Shown piece by piece: positions 25,722 through 39,600 of a stretch of DNA of 64,000 nucleotides. The stretch covers positions 1,364,001 through 1,428,000 of the forward strand of contig NW_025765448.1 of assembly GCF_003918875.1 (NCBI RefSeq), given 5' to 3'. The stretch is from Haliotis rubra. Taxonomy: Eukaryota. The translations under genes and the position numbers were made by a program. Numbering within the stretch: position 1 is the stretch's first letter; each line of letters opens with the position of its first letter. Below the pieces are notes generated by a model that made no database searches, was not told where the DNA came from, and worked only from the letters and a program-made list of their open reading frames with translations.

Positions 25722-26220
25722 GGGGCGCGGTGGGCGAGCTGGCTAAGGCGACAGGCTAGTGATCCAGCGAGGTTGAGGTGCCGGGATCGAACTCACCTGT
25801 GACCGGGTGTAAAAACCTTGGAGTCAACTTTGTGTGCAGACTCTTTCAGTGCTGTCGCAACCCCTAGTGTACAGTACACAACCCTGTGCACTTAAAAGAA
25901 CCTACGAATCCGTTGGTATATGGTCAGATTGTAGCCACATGAATACGTGCAAACACCTAGTTGCGGGTACAGCAATGTGCAGTGAACTTGGACAAAGTAC
26001 TGTGACTATGTGTCCCAGTCCACCCAGCTGTAAATGGGTACCTCGAAAGGATGGGAAAGTCACATTAACTCGGTGCGTCTAGTGCAAGAGTTGTATGCTC
26101 TCCCAGGGAGTTGAGATTGATAATACGATGTGCCGTTGAGACTGGGGAAAACAAAGCGCCTGTGAACAGCCTAGCTGGAACTCGGCGCTGTATAAATAGA
26201 TTATATTAATAATAATAATA
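25722..26220 (+). mobile_element. Composite tRNA-derived SINE (Meta-like and CORE-like body, L2-like tail)
   Basis: A/B boxes (GGCGAGCTGGCTAAGG, GGATCGAACTC); GTCAACTTTGTGTGCAGACTC; CCACCCAGCTGTAAATGGGTACC; tail AAAGCGCC..GGCGCTGTATAAAT(AAT)n. Domain names are from recall. Confidence 0.65.
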
Positions 26221-26232
26221 ATAAATGAACAT

Positions 26233-27137
26233 GTTTGTGGAACAGAATAGCAATCCCACCGACTCCTTCGTCTGGATGAAGTCGGCTGGTCTCAAATGTG
26301 AAACTGAGGGCTTCCTTTTTGCTGCTCAGGACCAGTCACTTCCCACTCGCAATCGCCTAAATGTGATTCTTAAAGAGAATATTAACATGAAATGTCGACT
26401 TTGCAATGAATTCACAGAGACTGTCAAACACCTTCTCAGTGGATGCCCTTCCTTGGCACAAACAGCATATCTTAAGAGACATGATGGCATGGCTCGTTGC
26501 TTTTACTACCGTCTTCGCCATTCCTGTGGCTTCGACTCCCAGGTCCATCCATGGTACGACCCTGAACATGTCCAGGGCGTCATGGAAAATAATGCTTTCA
26601 AACTTCTGTGGAACGGGCCCATATACAGCCTCAGAAGAATTCCTGCCAACAAACCTGATCTTGTCCTTTTTGATAAAGCCAATGAATTTATTTATATCAT
26701 TGAATTTTCTGTCCCTTTTGACAGCAATGTGATTGACAAGATTCAGGAAAAGCATGATAAATATGCGGACCTCGCCTTTGAAATGTCTCGCTTGCATCCC
26801 AAGTACACTGTCGTCAGGCTCCCCATTGTCTCGGTGCCCTTGGTTTGGTACCTCCTGATTTCTTGGCGCAGATCAGGAGAGTGCCCGGGTTCTCCACCGG
26901 GAGCACAAGCCCTTCTGACACTCTGCGTAATGCAGAAGGCTGCAGTGTTTAGGAGCCTTCATATTCTCCGGAAAGTTCTTGGTGGGTACGACTAGGCAGA
27001 GTTTCCTGGGAGAAGTCCCATTCGGGCTGCGTGTAGAGGGGGCTAGGGCCCTAAGCTGATGATGAACTTTACAGGCCTGACTGTGCAAGGATCACCCGAA
27101 CCCTCTCTGCTGCATTTTCATCTTTAATCTGTAAAAC
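26233..27137 (+). mobile_element. 5'-truncated R4/Dong-like retrotransposon, second copy
   Basis: ORF 26225-26995 has CCHC and PD-(D/E)xK-type motifs; 3' UTR matches the first copy; 12-bp direct repeat ATAAATGAACAT at 26221-26232 and 27138-27149. Confidence 0.9.
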
Positions 27138-27494
27138 ATAAATGAACATTATGTTACGCCGTGTGAACACTGTACTACTCAAACAACAGTGGCTGGCATC
27201 AAACACTGCCTTGTTACACCAGCGGATGATCGAGTCTGGCTCTTAAACGTGTAAGATTGAGCCTCTCCTGGAGACCCCTTTAGCCTACAAGCAGAAACAC
27301 ACACATGCATGTCATTGTAAAAGTTCAATTATTTTGAACGCAACCTTACCCCCTTTTCACGGCATCACCTCGGCGTGATGGGCATCAGCCTTGACCACAA
27401 TCAGATGTTCGCATCTTAACCACGGGTTAACTGGTTTGTTGAGAGTTTGACCTTTTACGTCCACCTCCAGTAATCCTGTCATATGATGCATTAA

Positions 27495-28459
27495 AGGCAC
27501 AATGTCACACATTTTCGACAATATTTTGGCCTATATTTTATATATTGGGGCATATGTACTTTTGCTTCCTATTGACGCAATGAAAGACTCATTATCCCTT
27601 ACGACTTGCCTGAAAGCGATAATTGAAACTTCGAGACGAACAGCTTCCACAGAACACTTGCCATATAAGGAATGTAAACAGTTGCTCCGTACATCGAAAA
27701 CTGTCGCACGCGGAGTTGTCAGTGTATGCCGAACTTGTTCCAATCACAAGTTGCATTATAGGATGTTCGTACAGAGCGCTCCAAGGGACATAACATCTTA
27801 CCTCGCACATAAATGTCGCTTTCTGATTGGCTGAGCGCTCTTCTATTATTTTCAATGTACCCCGCTTACAAGCCAGTAACATTTCAATGTACCCCGCTGT
27901 CAATGGCAACTCATTTGGTACTTCGTGGTAGTAATTCTTTAACTCGAATTACATTGAATCACGTATGATGTACGGAAATTACCGATGTTTTGCGAATGCA
28001 AATAGATGGAAGGGAGATAACTCTAAATCTGTTTTTCTTGTCAGCAAAATCTAGCCATGGCTACAAAACGATTTGTACCCGTGCTTCAAACAAAATTCAA
28101 AATTAACATAAAAGTGTTCGGTAAGATGAATATGTTGTTCACTGGTCCCTCGGGGCCCATGGGTTGATGTACCCTTCGTGCTCAGGGAACATAAACAAAC
28201 ATCGTGGGTACATCAACCCATGTCCCCCTCGTGACCAGTGAACAACTTATAATGGAGTTCGCTTGAAATAATGTTCGGTCGGTAGAGGGCGCGAGTGTCG
28301 ATTTAAAACAACGTTGCATGAATTCATTGGAACTTTTTAATTTAATATTGTAATCATTATACGTAATTTTGCATTGGAATAAATTATATGGTAGCTTACC
28401 AGAGGGCTGATAATTGGTATCATTGAGAGAAATGCATTATGTGGTGTGACATTGTGCCT
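27495..28459. mobile_element. Kolobok-like non-autonomous DNA transposon
   Basis: Perfect 16-bp TIR AGGCACAATGTCACAC with TTAA target duplication on both sides. Confidence 0.85.
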
Positions 28460-30329
28460 TTAAAATTCGAATGTGGGCAGGACAAAACTGTTACTGACAT
28501 TATGCGTCATGACTCATACTGTTGCGGTTCTATGAAAAGCAATCAAAAAGTCAACGAGCTTAGCCACTCGTTCCACCATTGTCTCTCCGTGCTACAATCA
28601 TAACTTTGTGCGGGTGGTAGGGGGTTGCAATTCTTACCAGGAATCCCAAGGGGTATTGAAAAATCAAACGGGAATCAGGAATATCAAAAGATATTTATTT
28701 CATGAAAGACTGAACAGCAGTAATAGGGGACAGGAGTGCTGTCGACATCACAAGGTAAAGAAAGCTAGACCGCTGACTCAGCACTAATTATTTCGCCAAG
28801 CAGATCACTGAATCTTTACTTTCATACGTGGTGTTTCATGTTGAATTGAGTTCCGAGCGAGTTTTCTTTCACCGTATGAAAGTAACGATACGTATACATT
28901 ACACAAAAGAATTTACGAAAGTTATACTAAGAAACATTCGGATGCTTCGTAACTTCTTTTCTATACGTATATGTCCCGTCAGATTCCTCGTTTGCCACAT
29001 GATCTTGCGCACTGCGCTTATCTCGAACTACGGATGACTCGTCAGACTGCGGCTAGTACCTAGATGACTTCGATTTAACGACGTTCACTGTATGACCATC
29101 TTGACTTTCAACATCAGCAAAAAACAAAGAAATAGACCATCTTCACAAATAGGTAGGAGCGGGATGGGGATTGGGTTTCAAACACGTACACAAGCGCAAA
29201 GGGCACCGGGTGGCATCGCAGTTAAAGCATTTACTTGACGAGCGAACGCTTTAACCACAGGGCTACCCCACTGCTCCGCGAAGACCAGTAGATCCTGGCT
29301 CAGGGGCGTCATTCTGGCCACTTACACCATAAGGTCAGCTATCCCGGTCAGTAACGTAAATAATATAAATGACTTCATCCGGGAAGGTCGTGTTATATCT
29401 CATCTGACCTCCAGGGTCGGAGTTCAAGGGATCGGGTTACACTGATTCCAACATGTTATAAGTTCTGTTTTAACAACAACATTTTAAAATACGTACAACT
29501 ATGAAAATACAGCGGCCAGTACGGATCCAGTTTGGATCAGAATAAGGCAGTTCAAGGACGGAAATACCACCAGAATAGTAAGACAATATCACAGGATGTT
29601 CTTGAAACATCGAAAACCTTAACTGTTAATACACTTCGTGAGCGCCTCCGTATATACTGACCAACATAAGTCACGCAACGAAGCATCATTTGGACGTATC
29701 GGAACTTCATGGAGGGAACCAACTTAATCATAATTATTTGAAAAGTTATTATTCCCTGTAACAGCATTTACATCGATGTTCGAGTCTGATTAGAAGCGAG
29801 GCGATAAAGGGCCAATAATCGAGGAGGGGAGGCGTCTTAAACCAAATACTCCGGTCCCCCAAAGCCTGGGGAGAATCTTTCGTTTTCATGCTTTGAAAGA
29901 AACAACACTTTACACACAGAGACAATTTCGGAATGATTGGGCAACGATCCTCAAAATACCAGTGCAGTGCACGGGACGTTAAGAGGAGATTAGGCTTCGC
30001 TGAATGTTTACTAGTATGTCATACACATAAGACATAATCATTGATTATGTCAGTCATACAAGGTCTTAAACATGGCATTGTGTATTCATAGACATACAAT
30101 GTCATAACACTATCTTTTAGTCATAAGAACTATCTCTTAGAAAATAACTTCAGCTCATTAAATTGATCTCTGTACGCAGGAGAATACTAATTACATATTG
30201 CAACGTATTTGACTCCGTTATAATATATACAATGAATAATCACCTATACATCGTAACACCCGTCAGCGTATATACAGCGATATATACTGCAAAATAACGG
30301 TATGTTTGACAGGCGCTATAACAAACCGT

Positions 30330-30751
30330 AATAAGGGCCTGTAAGTCTCGCGAGGCGCTACTTGAGGGACTAAGCTGGTTTCCCGACCCCTTTGAGAGCG
30401 CCAATTGCAACTTGCGATAAGCGAAACAGCACCCAGCTTACTTCCGGTGACAAGCGTATATTCTTAACCAGTTTTGGTTCCAAATTGCGCAACCGCCAAA
30501 TATGACTTTACTAGACCGGACCAAGTGTACAACCATGCTTGGCTGTCACAGTTGTTGACAGTCGTAATAATTGGCTAATTATGGGGATGGTTAGAACGGA
30601 AATTTGTTATTCCTGCTAGGAGCCAATATGTGCCACAGTTCCTTACTGTCAACTGACAACCATGAGACCATTCGAAAAATTATAAAACGTTGTTTGTCAC
30701 CGGAAGTACTAAGGTCTCGCGAAGTACCGTGACCTACTTACGGGCTCTATT
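30330..30751. mobile_element. MITE with terminal and internal inverted repeats
   Basis: AATAAGGGCCTGTAAGT / ACTTACGGGCTCTATT; internal TACTTCCGGTGACAA / TTGTCACCGGAAGTA. Confidence 0.65.
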
Positions 30752-33462
30752 CTGAAATAAGCGACACATGTATTCCACAGTTATGATATTTACAGCATTA
30801 ACACGTGATGGTTATGGAACACTTAAATTACCACGACACCTCTAAACGTAACTTTACAGAAGTATGGTGAACGTTGGTTCTTACAAATATTCACACGCAG
30901 TATATTGAAAATGGGGAAACTTGACAGGAAATCTCCCGGAGCAGACTCTCAATCAGATTAACATCATTGCACGAATTTGTCTGCATAGCTGTACTATACA
31001 TATGTAAGTAAATAAATGGGTAAAGTTCAAACCCATGCTTATAAGTATATACAGGAATACACAGGTAAATATTTTATCAAAAGAATGTACATATTTGGTG
31101 TTAGATATTACTACAGAAAGAATTGGTCTTCTACAACCCATGCTTGTTGTATAAGGCGATAAACTGGAACGGCTGGTTATGCATGTCATCGTATCCCAAC
31201 TGCGTAGATCGATGCTCATGATATCAATCACTGGATTGTCTGGTCCAGACATTATTAGTTACAGACCGCCGTCATTTAGCTGGAAAATGGTTGAGTAGGG
31301 CGTAACAAATAAACAAACATACATACAAACAGACAGAACCGAACATGATGACTCGTCATCTTTGTCATACTACGTTGTACGACAATCAAAACACAAAGCG
31401 TTAGTGTAAAGTGTTTCTTTCGTAGCACGTCAACAGTAGACAGGGTAAACGGCACTTAGCATTTAAGACACGGGGATATTAGCAACAGAAAGAAGGTAAA
31501 ACAAACCTAAAGATAATGTTCAATGTGTTCATGAAAATAAAATTATATATAGAGGAGGATACCAGAAAGAAACTCGCCTGCAAAAATGTCTTTAGAAAAA
31601 ATATAATTATTCAAATTCTCTTTTCAGAGAACAAATTGTGTCCCAGGCAGATATTACAACAGTCTGTCTCTTGTAACTAACATCCCGAGTTCATTCTCCA
31701 CATCGCACCACTACCAGCATATAAAACGTTACGTTCCCAGCTGTGTGACATCAGCGGTGCTTGTCCAAAACAAATTCTTAAAGAGTTGCTAGTACACTGA
31801 ATTGCACTTGGGCTGGTGAACTGTTGCAAAGAATTCATCACATTCATGTCAGTCGTCATGATGTGTTAACATTATGCTATTCTAACACGGTGAATTAACA
31901 TTTCGACGTTCACCAATACTAACGTTTAGGAATATGTGTTGATAAAAATATACTGTCAAGATATTATAAGTTCCCCTGAAACGGTTGTAAACTAATAACT
32001 ATGCACTGGACGTTTAGTCCCCAGCGTTGGCAAATTGTTAACACCGTTAAACTGAATTCAGTAAAACCCCTCTAATACGGACACCCATTTTCCGGCTGAT
32101 TACCTTAGGTAGGTTTACAGATATATCACTCTCTAACAAAGGGGCGAAGGGTTAGCATAGTAGTTCAAGCGTTCGCTCGCGATGCTTAAGGTGAGGGTTC
32201 GATTCCCCACCTGGATCCAAAATTAAGGCAGTGTTTCGTATCTCGGTTATGATATAAATGGAATATTTATATTTTTATAAAAGTCCTCCTCTATCACTCA
32301 CGCTAACAAACACTCGTTATTCCGTACATTTGTTAAAGAGAAACGTAACCGAAAATGGTATTGTCCGAATTAAAAGAGGTTCACTGTATGATATAATGCT
32401 TTCTGTACCAAGTTGTCATTTTAAAAAATGCTGACAAAAAATGTCCCCATTTTAAGTATAAAATGCTGAATATTGTATTAGGACTGTTAAATATCTCAGG
32501 TTATATAAAATAGTTTTCTGGCAAGAATTGATTGTAAACAACAAGAATAGTGAACTCTTACAGTCTCTACTTTGGTTGCAGGAATACATTTACAGCTGTC
32601 ATCTATATAAATAGTCGGTAACTATGGCAACGGGCTTAGAAAACCAACCAACACAAACTTTTATATTAGAACCTACAACTTCACGACTTCAACACAAAGA
32701 CGCCAATTCTTTACACATAAACCAACACTCACATTCTCTGACCATTCTCAGATAACAGATACTATAACATACATATTTGTCTACGACTTATTACCATATT
32801 TTCCATCACTAGCACTGAGACCACCAATTTGTGGCAACAACCATATACTACGGGGTCTGTTTTAGCAAAAACTGAATCCACCCCGGGTATCAACTATATA
32901 GAGTTATATATTTGTAGATTATATACACGTATGTAGCTGTATAAGGGTCTGGCATTAAGAGGACAACTTTGCCATATACATGCCATAGAGGCCCCTACAC
33001 GCTATAACACGTACGTGTATAAGGAAGTGACAAGATAGTGATGATTTGTCTCCTTTGGTTGTACTGACTATTACGTTGCTCCTTAAAACAGTCGTTTAAA
33101 ACAATTTTATTTTTTAAAATTTAGAAAATATAGTTCAGTAGCCCTTATATCTTGAAATACTTAAAAGGTAGCTTTTGTGAAAAAATAGGCAGTTCATATC
33201 TGTATAAACTCTTGTCATTTCCATATCACACATACAGGAGAAGAGTACATTTAACTATCCATAATGAGGGCCCTAAGACCGATCGTTGCCCTTATCATGG
33301 ATGATTATCTGACAACAATATGTCTGTACACAATACTGAGTCAAAGTATGTACAGGTATCACAGTGGAGAGCAAAAAGTTGCGATGGAAACAAAGGGTCA
33401 AAGTTCATCTAGAATGTCAAGGACGCTGTAGTTTTGACGTCCATTCAGAGAAGTGTCGGAGG

Positions 33463-33572
33463 TCAGTCCTCCTTCTTGGGAATGGTGTTCTTCTTCCCGA
33501 GGATTCCCATCAGTTCCTTGCTCATGTAGTAGGGCTTGTCTGCCGAGCCGTCGTGACGTTCGAGATCTTCCA
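33463..33572 (-). CDS. SLC44A2: SLC44 terminal exon [35 protein letters not shown]
   Basis: tctag|TG...TGA, 110 bp. Confidence 0.94.
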
Positions 33573-33656
33573 CTAGAATAATGATAAAAATAATAATGAT
33601 AATGCACTATGATGATGCTGATGTTGATATAATAATGATAGTATTCCTATGATCTA

Positions 33657-33691
<35 letters not shown>

Positions 33692-36600
33692 CGATCATGA
33701 TGATATGTATTTTTCTGTTTATAAAAATGGTGATAATAATGATAGTATTCCTATGATCTAGATGATGATGATGATGATGACGACGATCATGATATGTATA
33801 GATGGTGATAATAATGATAGTATTCCTATGATCTAGATGATGATGATGACGACGATCATGATGATATGTATAGATGGTGATAATAATGATAGTATTCCTA
33901 TGATCTAGATGATGATGATGACGACGATCATGATGATATGTATAGATGGTGATAATAATGATAGTATTCCTATGTGATCTAGATGATGATGATGACGACG
34001 ATCATGATATAGATCCTATGATCTAGATGATGATGATGATGATGATGATGACGATCATGATATGATGATGTATTCCTATGATCTATGATCTAGATGATGA
34101 TGATGATGACGATGATGATGACGATCATGGTATAGATGGTGATAATAATGATAGTATTCCTATGATCTGATGATGATGATTCATGATCTGTTTCCTATAG
34201 TATTACTATAAATTTCATGATGATGATGATACGACGACGACGGTGATGAGTGAGTGATTCATAATGATATTAATTTGGTAGGAAAGCTCCAAGTAATGCA
34301 GGTCTTGGGCGATGACTGACGTTACAATACACAGATGATGATGATGATGATGATGACGATCATGATGGTATGGATGGTGATAATAATGATAGTATTCTGA
34401 TCTAGATGATGATGATGATGGTGATGATACGATCATGATGTATTATGTATTTTCTGTTTTAAAGATGGTGATAATAATGATGGTATTACTGTAAATTTCA
34501 TGATGATGATGATGATGATGATGACGACGACGACGGTGATGTGAGTGATTCATGTTTAATGTCACTTTTAACAGCATTGCAGGTATGTTCGCCATGTGTC
34601 ATATTAATTTGGTAGGAAAGCTCCAAGTAATGCAGGTCTTGGGCGTACTGACGTTACAATACACAGATCCACCATTGAACTGGCTTGTTTATTCTTAAGT
34701 TTAGAATCACACACATCCTTGACGTTCTATTCAACCATAAAGACGGACTATATTTTCTTGAAAAATATCTTGTAACTATTAGTTCAAAAGATTTATGGAA
34801 ATGTTTGACAAAACTTGTAATGTACATGATTTTAATGTTAATTCGTATAGATACACCCAAATTAGCTGCGTTTTGTAGTTCCTGTGTGACTGAACTAGAA
34901 GATGAATTCCATATTACATTAGTATGACCTCTTTACAATGAGTATCGAGTCAGATATATAGTATTTACCCGAATACTGTCGTAATGACCCTAATGTTCAA
35001 ATATTTATTGAATTGATGAGAACAAGTGATAAGAATAGACTTTCTTGCATCTTTCTTAAAAAAGTGTTTGTACTTCGTCGATCGAAACGAAGAATCTCTG
35101 TGAACACATATAATGGTATCGATTGACGTAATAAGATCATTATTTTTAGTGTGGCACATGTTTTTGTCTAATTGTTTTACACATGTTGTACTGTTGGCCT
35201 CATGGCCATCTAAACGTAAACAATGGCGATGAATCACGAAAACGGCAACATATGGCGAGGTAGAACTGACATATCGATATGACTCACGGAAACACAGGAA
35301 GAGTGTGTCCACGGCCATGCCGTAAACGCTGAAGAAGCAGGAGGCGATGACGTAGCTGCCAATGATGACGACCTGCGAAGAAAGAGTGTCAGCATTGTAA
35401 CATACGTAAAGGGAGAATGAGGTTTCAGCAAGAATCCAGGCACACATTAAAAACATCAATGTAGACACCATGCAGTTTATTGAGTAACCGTAGCCCTAGA
35501 TACAAAAAGACGGAATGGTGAAATATAATCATCTATGACTAACACATCGGACATAACAAAGTCAGATATCACCAGTAATCGGATATAAACACGTCAGATA
35601 TCACCAGTAATCGGATATAAACAAGTCAGTTATCACCAGTAATTGGATATAAACAAGTCAGATATCACCAGTAATCGGATATAAACAAGTCAGATATCAC
35701 CAGTAATCAGATATAAACAATCATATATCACCAGTAATCGGATATACACAAGTCAGATATCAACAGTATTCAGATATAAACAAATCAGATATCACCAGTA
35801 ATCGGATATAAACAAGTCAGATATCACCAGTAATATGATATAAACAGGTCACATATCACCAGTAATATGATTTATCCAGTCAGATATCACCAGTAATCAG
35901 ATACAAACACGTCAGATATCACCAGTAATTGGATACAAACAAGTCAGATATCACCAGTAATTGGATACAAACAAGTCAGATATCACCAGTAATTGGATAT
36001 AAACAAGTAATCAGATATGAACAAGTCAGGTTCAATGGCAATCCGATAAAAACAAGTCAGATATCACCAGTAATAAGATATAACCAAGTCAGATATCAAC
36101 TAATAATCGGATATAAAGAAGTCGAATATTTGCAGTAATCGGATATAAACAAGTTAGATATAACGGTAATTGGATACAAATTAGTTAGCTATCACCCAAT
36201 AATCGGATATAAAGAAGTCGGATATCACCAGTAATCGGATATAAAAAGTCAGGTATAACAGTAATCGGATATATTTAAGTCAAATATCACCAGTAATTGG
36301 ATATTAACCAGGTCAGATATCCCCAGTAATCGGATACAAACAAGTCAGATATCACCAGTAATTGGATATAAACAAGTAATCGGATATAAACAAGTCAGAT
36401 ATCACCATTAATATGATATAACCAGTCAGATATCACCAGTACTAGGATTTAAACAATCAGATATCACCAGTAATAGGATTTAAACAGTCATATATCACCA
36501 GTAATAGGATATAAACAGGTCAGATATCACCAGTAATAGGATATACACAGGTCATATATCACCAGTAATAGGATATTAACAAGTCAGATATCACAATTAA

Positions 36601-39600
36601 TAGGATATAAACAAGTCAGATATCACCAGTAATGGGATATTAACAAGTCAGATATCACCTGTAATAGGATATAACCAAGTCATATATTACCTGTAATAGG
36701 ATATAAACAAGTCAGATATCACCAGTAATAGGATATTAACAAGTCAGATATCACCTGTAATAGGATATAACCAAGTCAGATATCACCTGTAGTCCAATGT
36801 AACCAGTAACCAAGATGTTACAAAATATGAACGATCGGAAGTTGTCGAACGTATCAAATATCACCTGCGCGTAAAACAACATTCAGTGACTAAGGTGATA
36901 GAACCATAAAAGGACTCACCACAATAGGAACAACATAAAAGTTGAGGTTAGGCGTGTACTTGGCTAAGTACGGTATCCTCCCGTCGAAGAAAAAGAACGA
37001 CCCAGCTCCTGCAGAACAACATGTTACATGTATTGATGTATCGCCCCTCCCCCACGTAAGTACAACAGAGATCCTATACGGTATCACTGTATCAATTCTA
37101 GCAACAGCTTGTTGCTGAAATATACAGCGCTCTAAGGAATACACACAGACTACCGCACACAAAATCATTACAAACCGCCAAGTGAACTGGAATTAATTCG
37201 TGGATGTTGAAAAAATTAATCCTGTCACAGAAATATACCAATTAAGTTGTTGTATAGTTGTTTACAGATCTGAAGAAAAAAAGTGTTCCATATGTTTGTT
37301 GTATTGTTAAAACTGTTTTGATGAAATGGGTTTTTTCAGGCTGTCTGTATTCATTCTGCTTCCCATTTCCCACCCTGAATTTTCATTCCGACGTGAAATA
37401 AAAATAGTTTTCTTTTTCAATTTATGCCCTGATTTGAAAAATAAAATCTTATCCTTTCACACTCATAAAAAGCAGGTCAGTATATATGTCTGAATGTATT
37501 TGAAAATGTTTCCGAAGCAAAGCGACTTGACGTAAATAATGAATAAGTTTAAATACTATTATTGATCTAAATAGAAATACTGTTATAGCTTTTACAATTA
37601 TTATAAAACATGTTACATAATAGTAAAAAAGTTGGGTTTTCTTCTTTTATCCTCGCCCACGCTCCCGTGTTGAGATTGGAGATGAGAAACACATAATATT
37701 TAAAAATGGCCTCAAAGTATTCCTACTTTCTTTGTACTCACCCACAAGTCCCACGATTACCAGTTTCCCGATAAATAGCAGGAAATCCGTCACCTTGTCT
37801 ATAACGACAACCCTGAAAAGGAGAACAATTTTCAATAAGGACACGTAACACTGGTCGCCTTTCCAGCATTTTTGGGGGAACGTCTTAATCGTGAAAATAC
37901 ACAAAGGGACATAACTCCCACCAATGATCCGAACGACTGGGAAACTGTGCTGACTTCACTGGGTTTAACGTTCTTCATTATGTCATTTGATCCCAAAGAA
38001 CGCAAACAGAATTGCCAAAAGAATCGATGAAGGTATCGGAGTGATTTTCTGTACTAGAAGCGTCGACTGCTAAAACACATTTTCTGAGGAAAGGCCACAG
38101 TGGGTCGTCAACCGCTATGGTGAACAACGAGTATGGTGCAGTACAGGAACCATTATCAGGGCAGTCATAGGATTCTGGCACACGAAAGGGACGCAACTCC
38201 TTACAGGGGACTGTAGATTCTTAAGCAACAGTCAGAATACTGTACCTGTTTGGGTATCCATGTAAGTAAGGCATGGCATATCAGTGGGCCTAGCACTATA
38301 AAAACGGCTTTAGTACTAGTACAAACAGCCACGCCCAAACGTAAACAAACAACTAAACAAACACACACATACACGCGCGCATACATGCATACACACAAAC
38401 GCGGTATCTAAGGGCAATAATTTTACAAGCGACGTGAATGCACATTTGCTACCGTTTTAAATCACGCATTCACCTGGGTTAGAGAAACAAATCCCTTACC
38501 TGACGACGTTTCGAAGGATGAGGAAAAACGCGTCTTTTGCTGCCATGCAGAAATTCTTGCCATAGATGGCGGTCTGAAACAGGGAAAACATACGTAAACA
38601 CTGCCCGGGGCCTTTGTCATCTCTTGCACACATGACATGTCTGTACATCCTATCACAGTCCCCAGTACACATGTACGTACACTGTAAGTGAATACTCGTT
38701 CACCTAAACCTGCCCCCCGTTGTACCCCACGTTGCTGTTCTTCCTTAACCTGATTCCCTTAAGGCCGCACATCTTTACATTATGCCCACTACTGATCCTA
38801 GCCAAACTGTACATGTATATTTCATTTCATCACCTGGTGCCCGCCAAGCCTTCATGTTTCCGATAGTATTTCCTATACCGATCTGTTTAAACAATAAAAC
38901 ATGTTTGTCTTGTTCACGTGTATATTGATAGGCTATTAATCCTGCAAAGTATTAATTAACAAATTACCACATTTAACAAAACCTTGTCATATTTAATTTG
39001 GTTGAAATCTAAAAACAATCAAACACGGTTGTGTCGAAGTTACGGTTGTCTCATGTCGAAGTTGTCCCTGTGTATTCCCAGTTAAGTTTAAACAAATTCG
39101 GTTGTGTCGAACATCTGATAACTCGAAATATTTGCGTAGGTTCCTTCAACTTTGACACAGCTGTGTTTGAGTTTTCGAAAATCGACAAATCCGAGATGCG
39201 CTTGATCATATTCATTTACATATGTAAAACGAAGACAACAAAAGCAGTTATTTTAATTTCCCCCGTCAAAGAAGTATTTGCTACGTCACACACAAGTTCC
39301 AGCGGATACACAACTGATTATGTATCACAAAGTCTTACGATGATGTAGGCATTCTTGTTGATGAATTTGATGAACTTCTCCAGACACCAGAAGCAGCACT
39401 TCAGACATCTGTAGGCAAACAGACAGTATTAATCAGCGGGGATGAGAATGTATTAATGAGATACTATCTAATCTGATACTTTATAAATCAGCAACTATAA
39501 GACACCTGAAGAAAACAGACCTTATTACTAAGTAACTATCAGATTTCTTTACATAACAGACACTATTACTCATGAGCTGCAAGACATCTGCAGACAGAAG

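Noticed and set aside
34680-35080. ORF 34685-34927 with C..C...EDEFH motif
   Set aside because: Looks like a decayed LINE C-terminal zinc-knuckle remnant, too degraded to classify; not a host gene.
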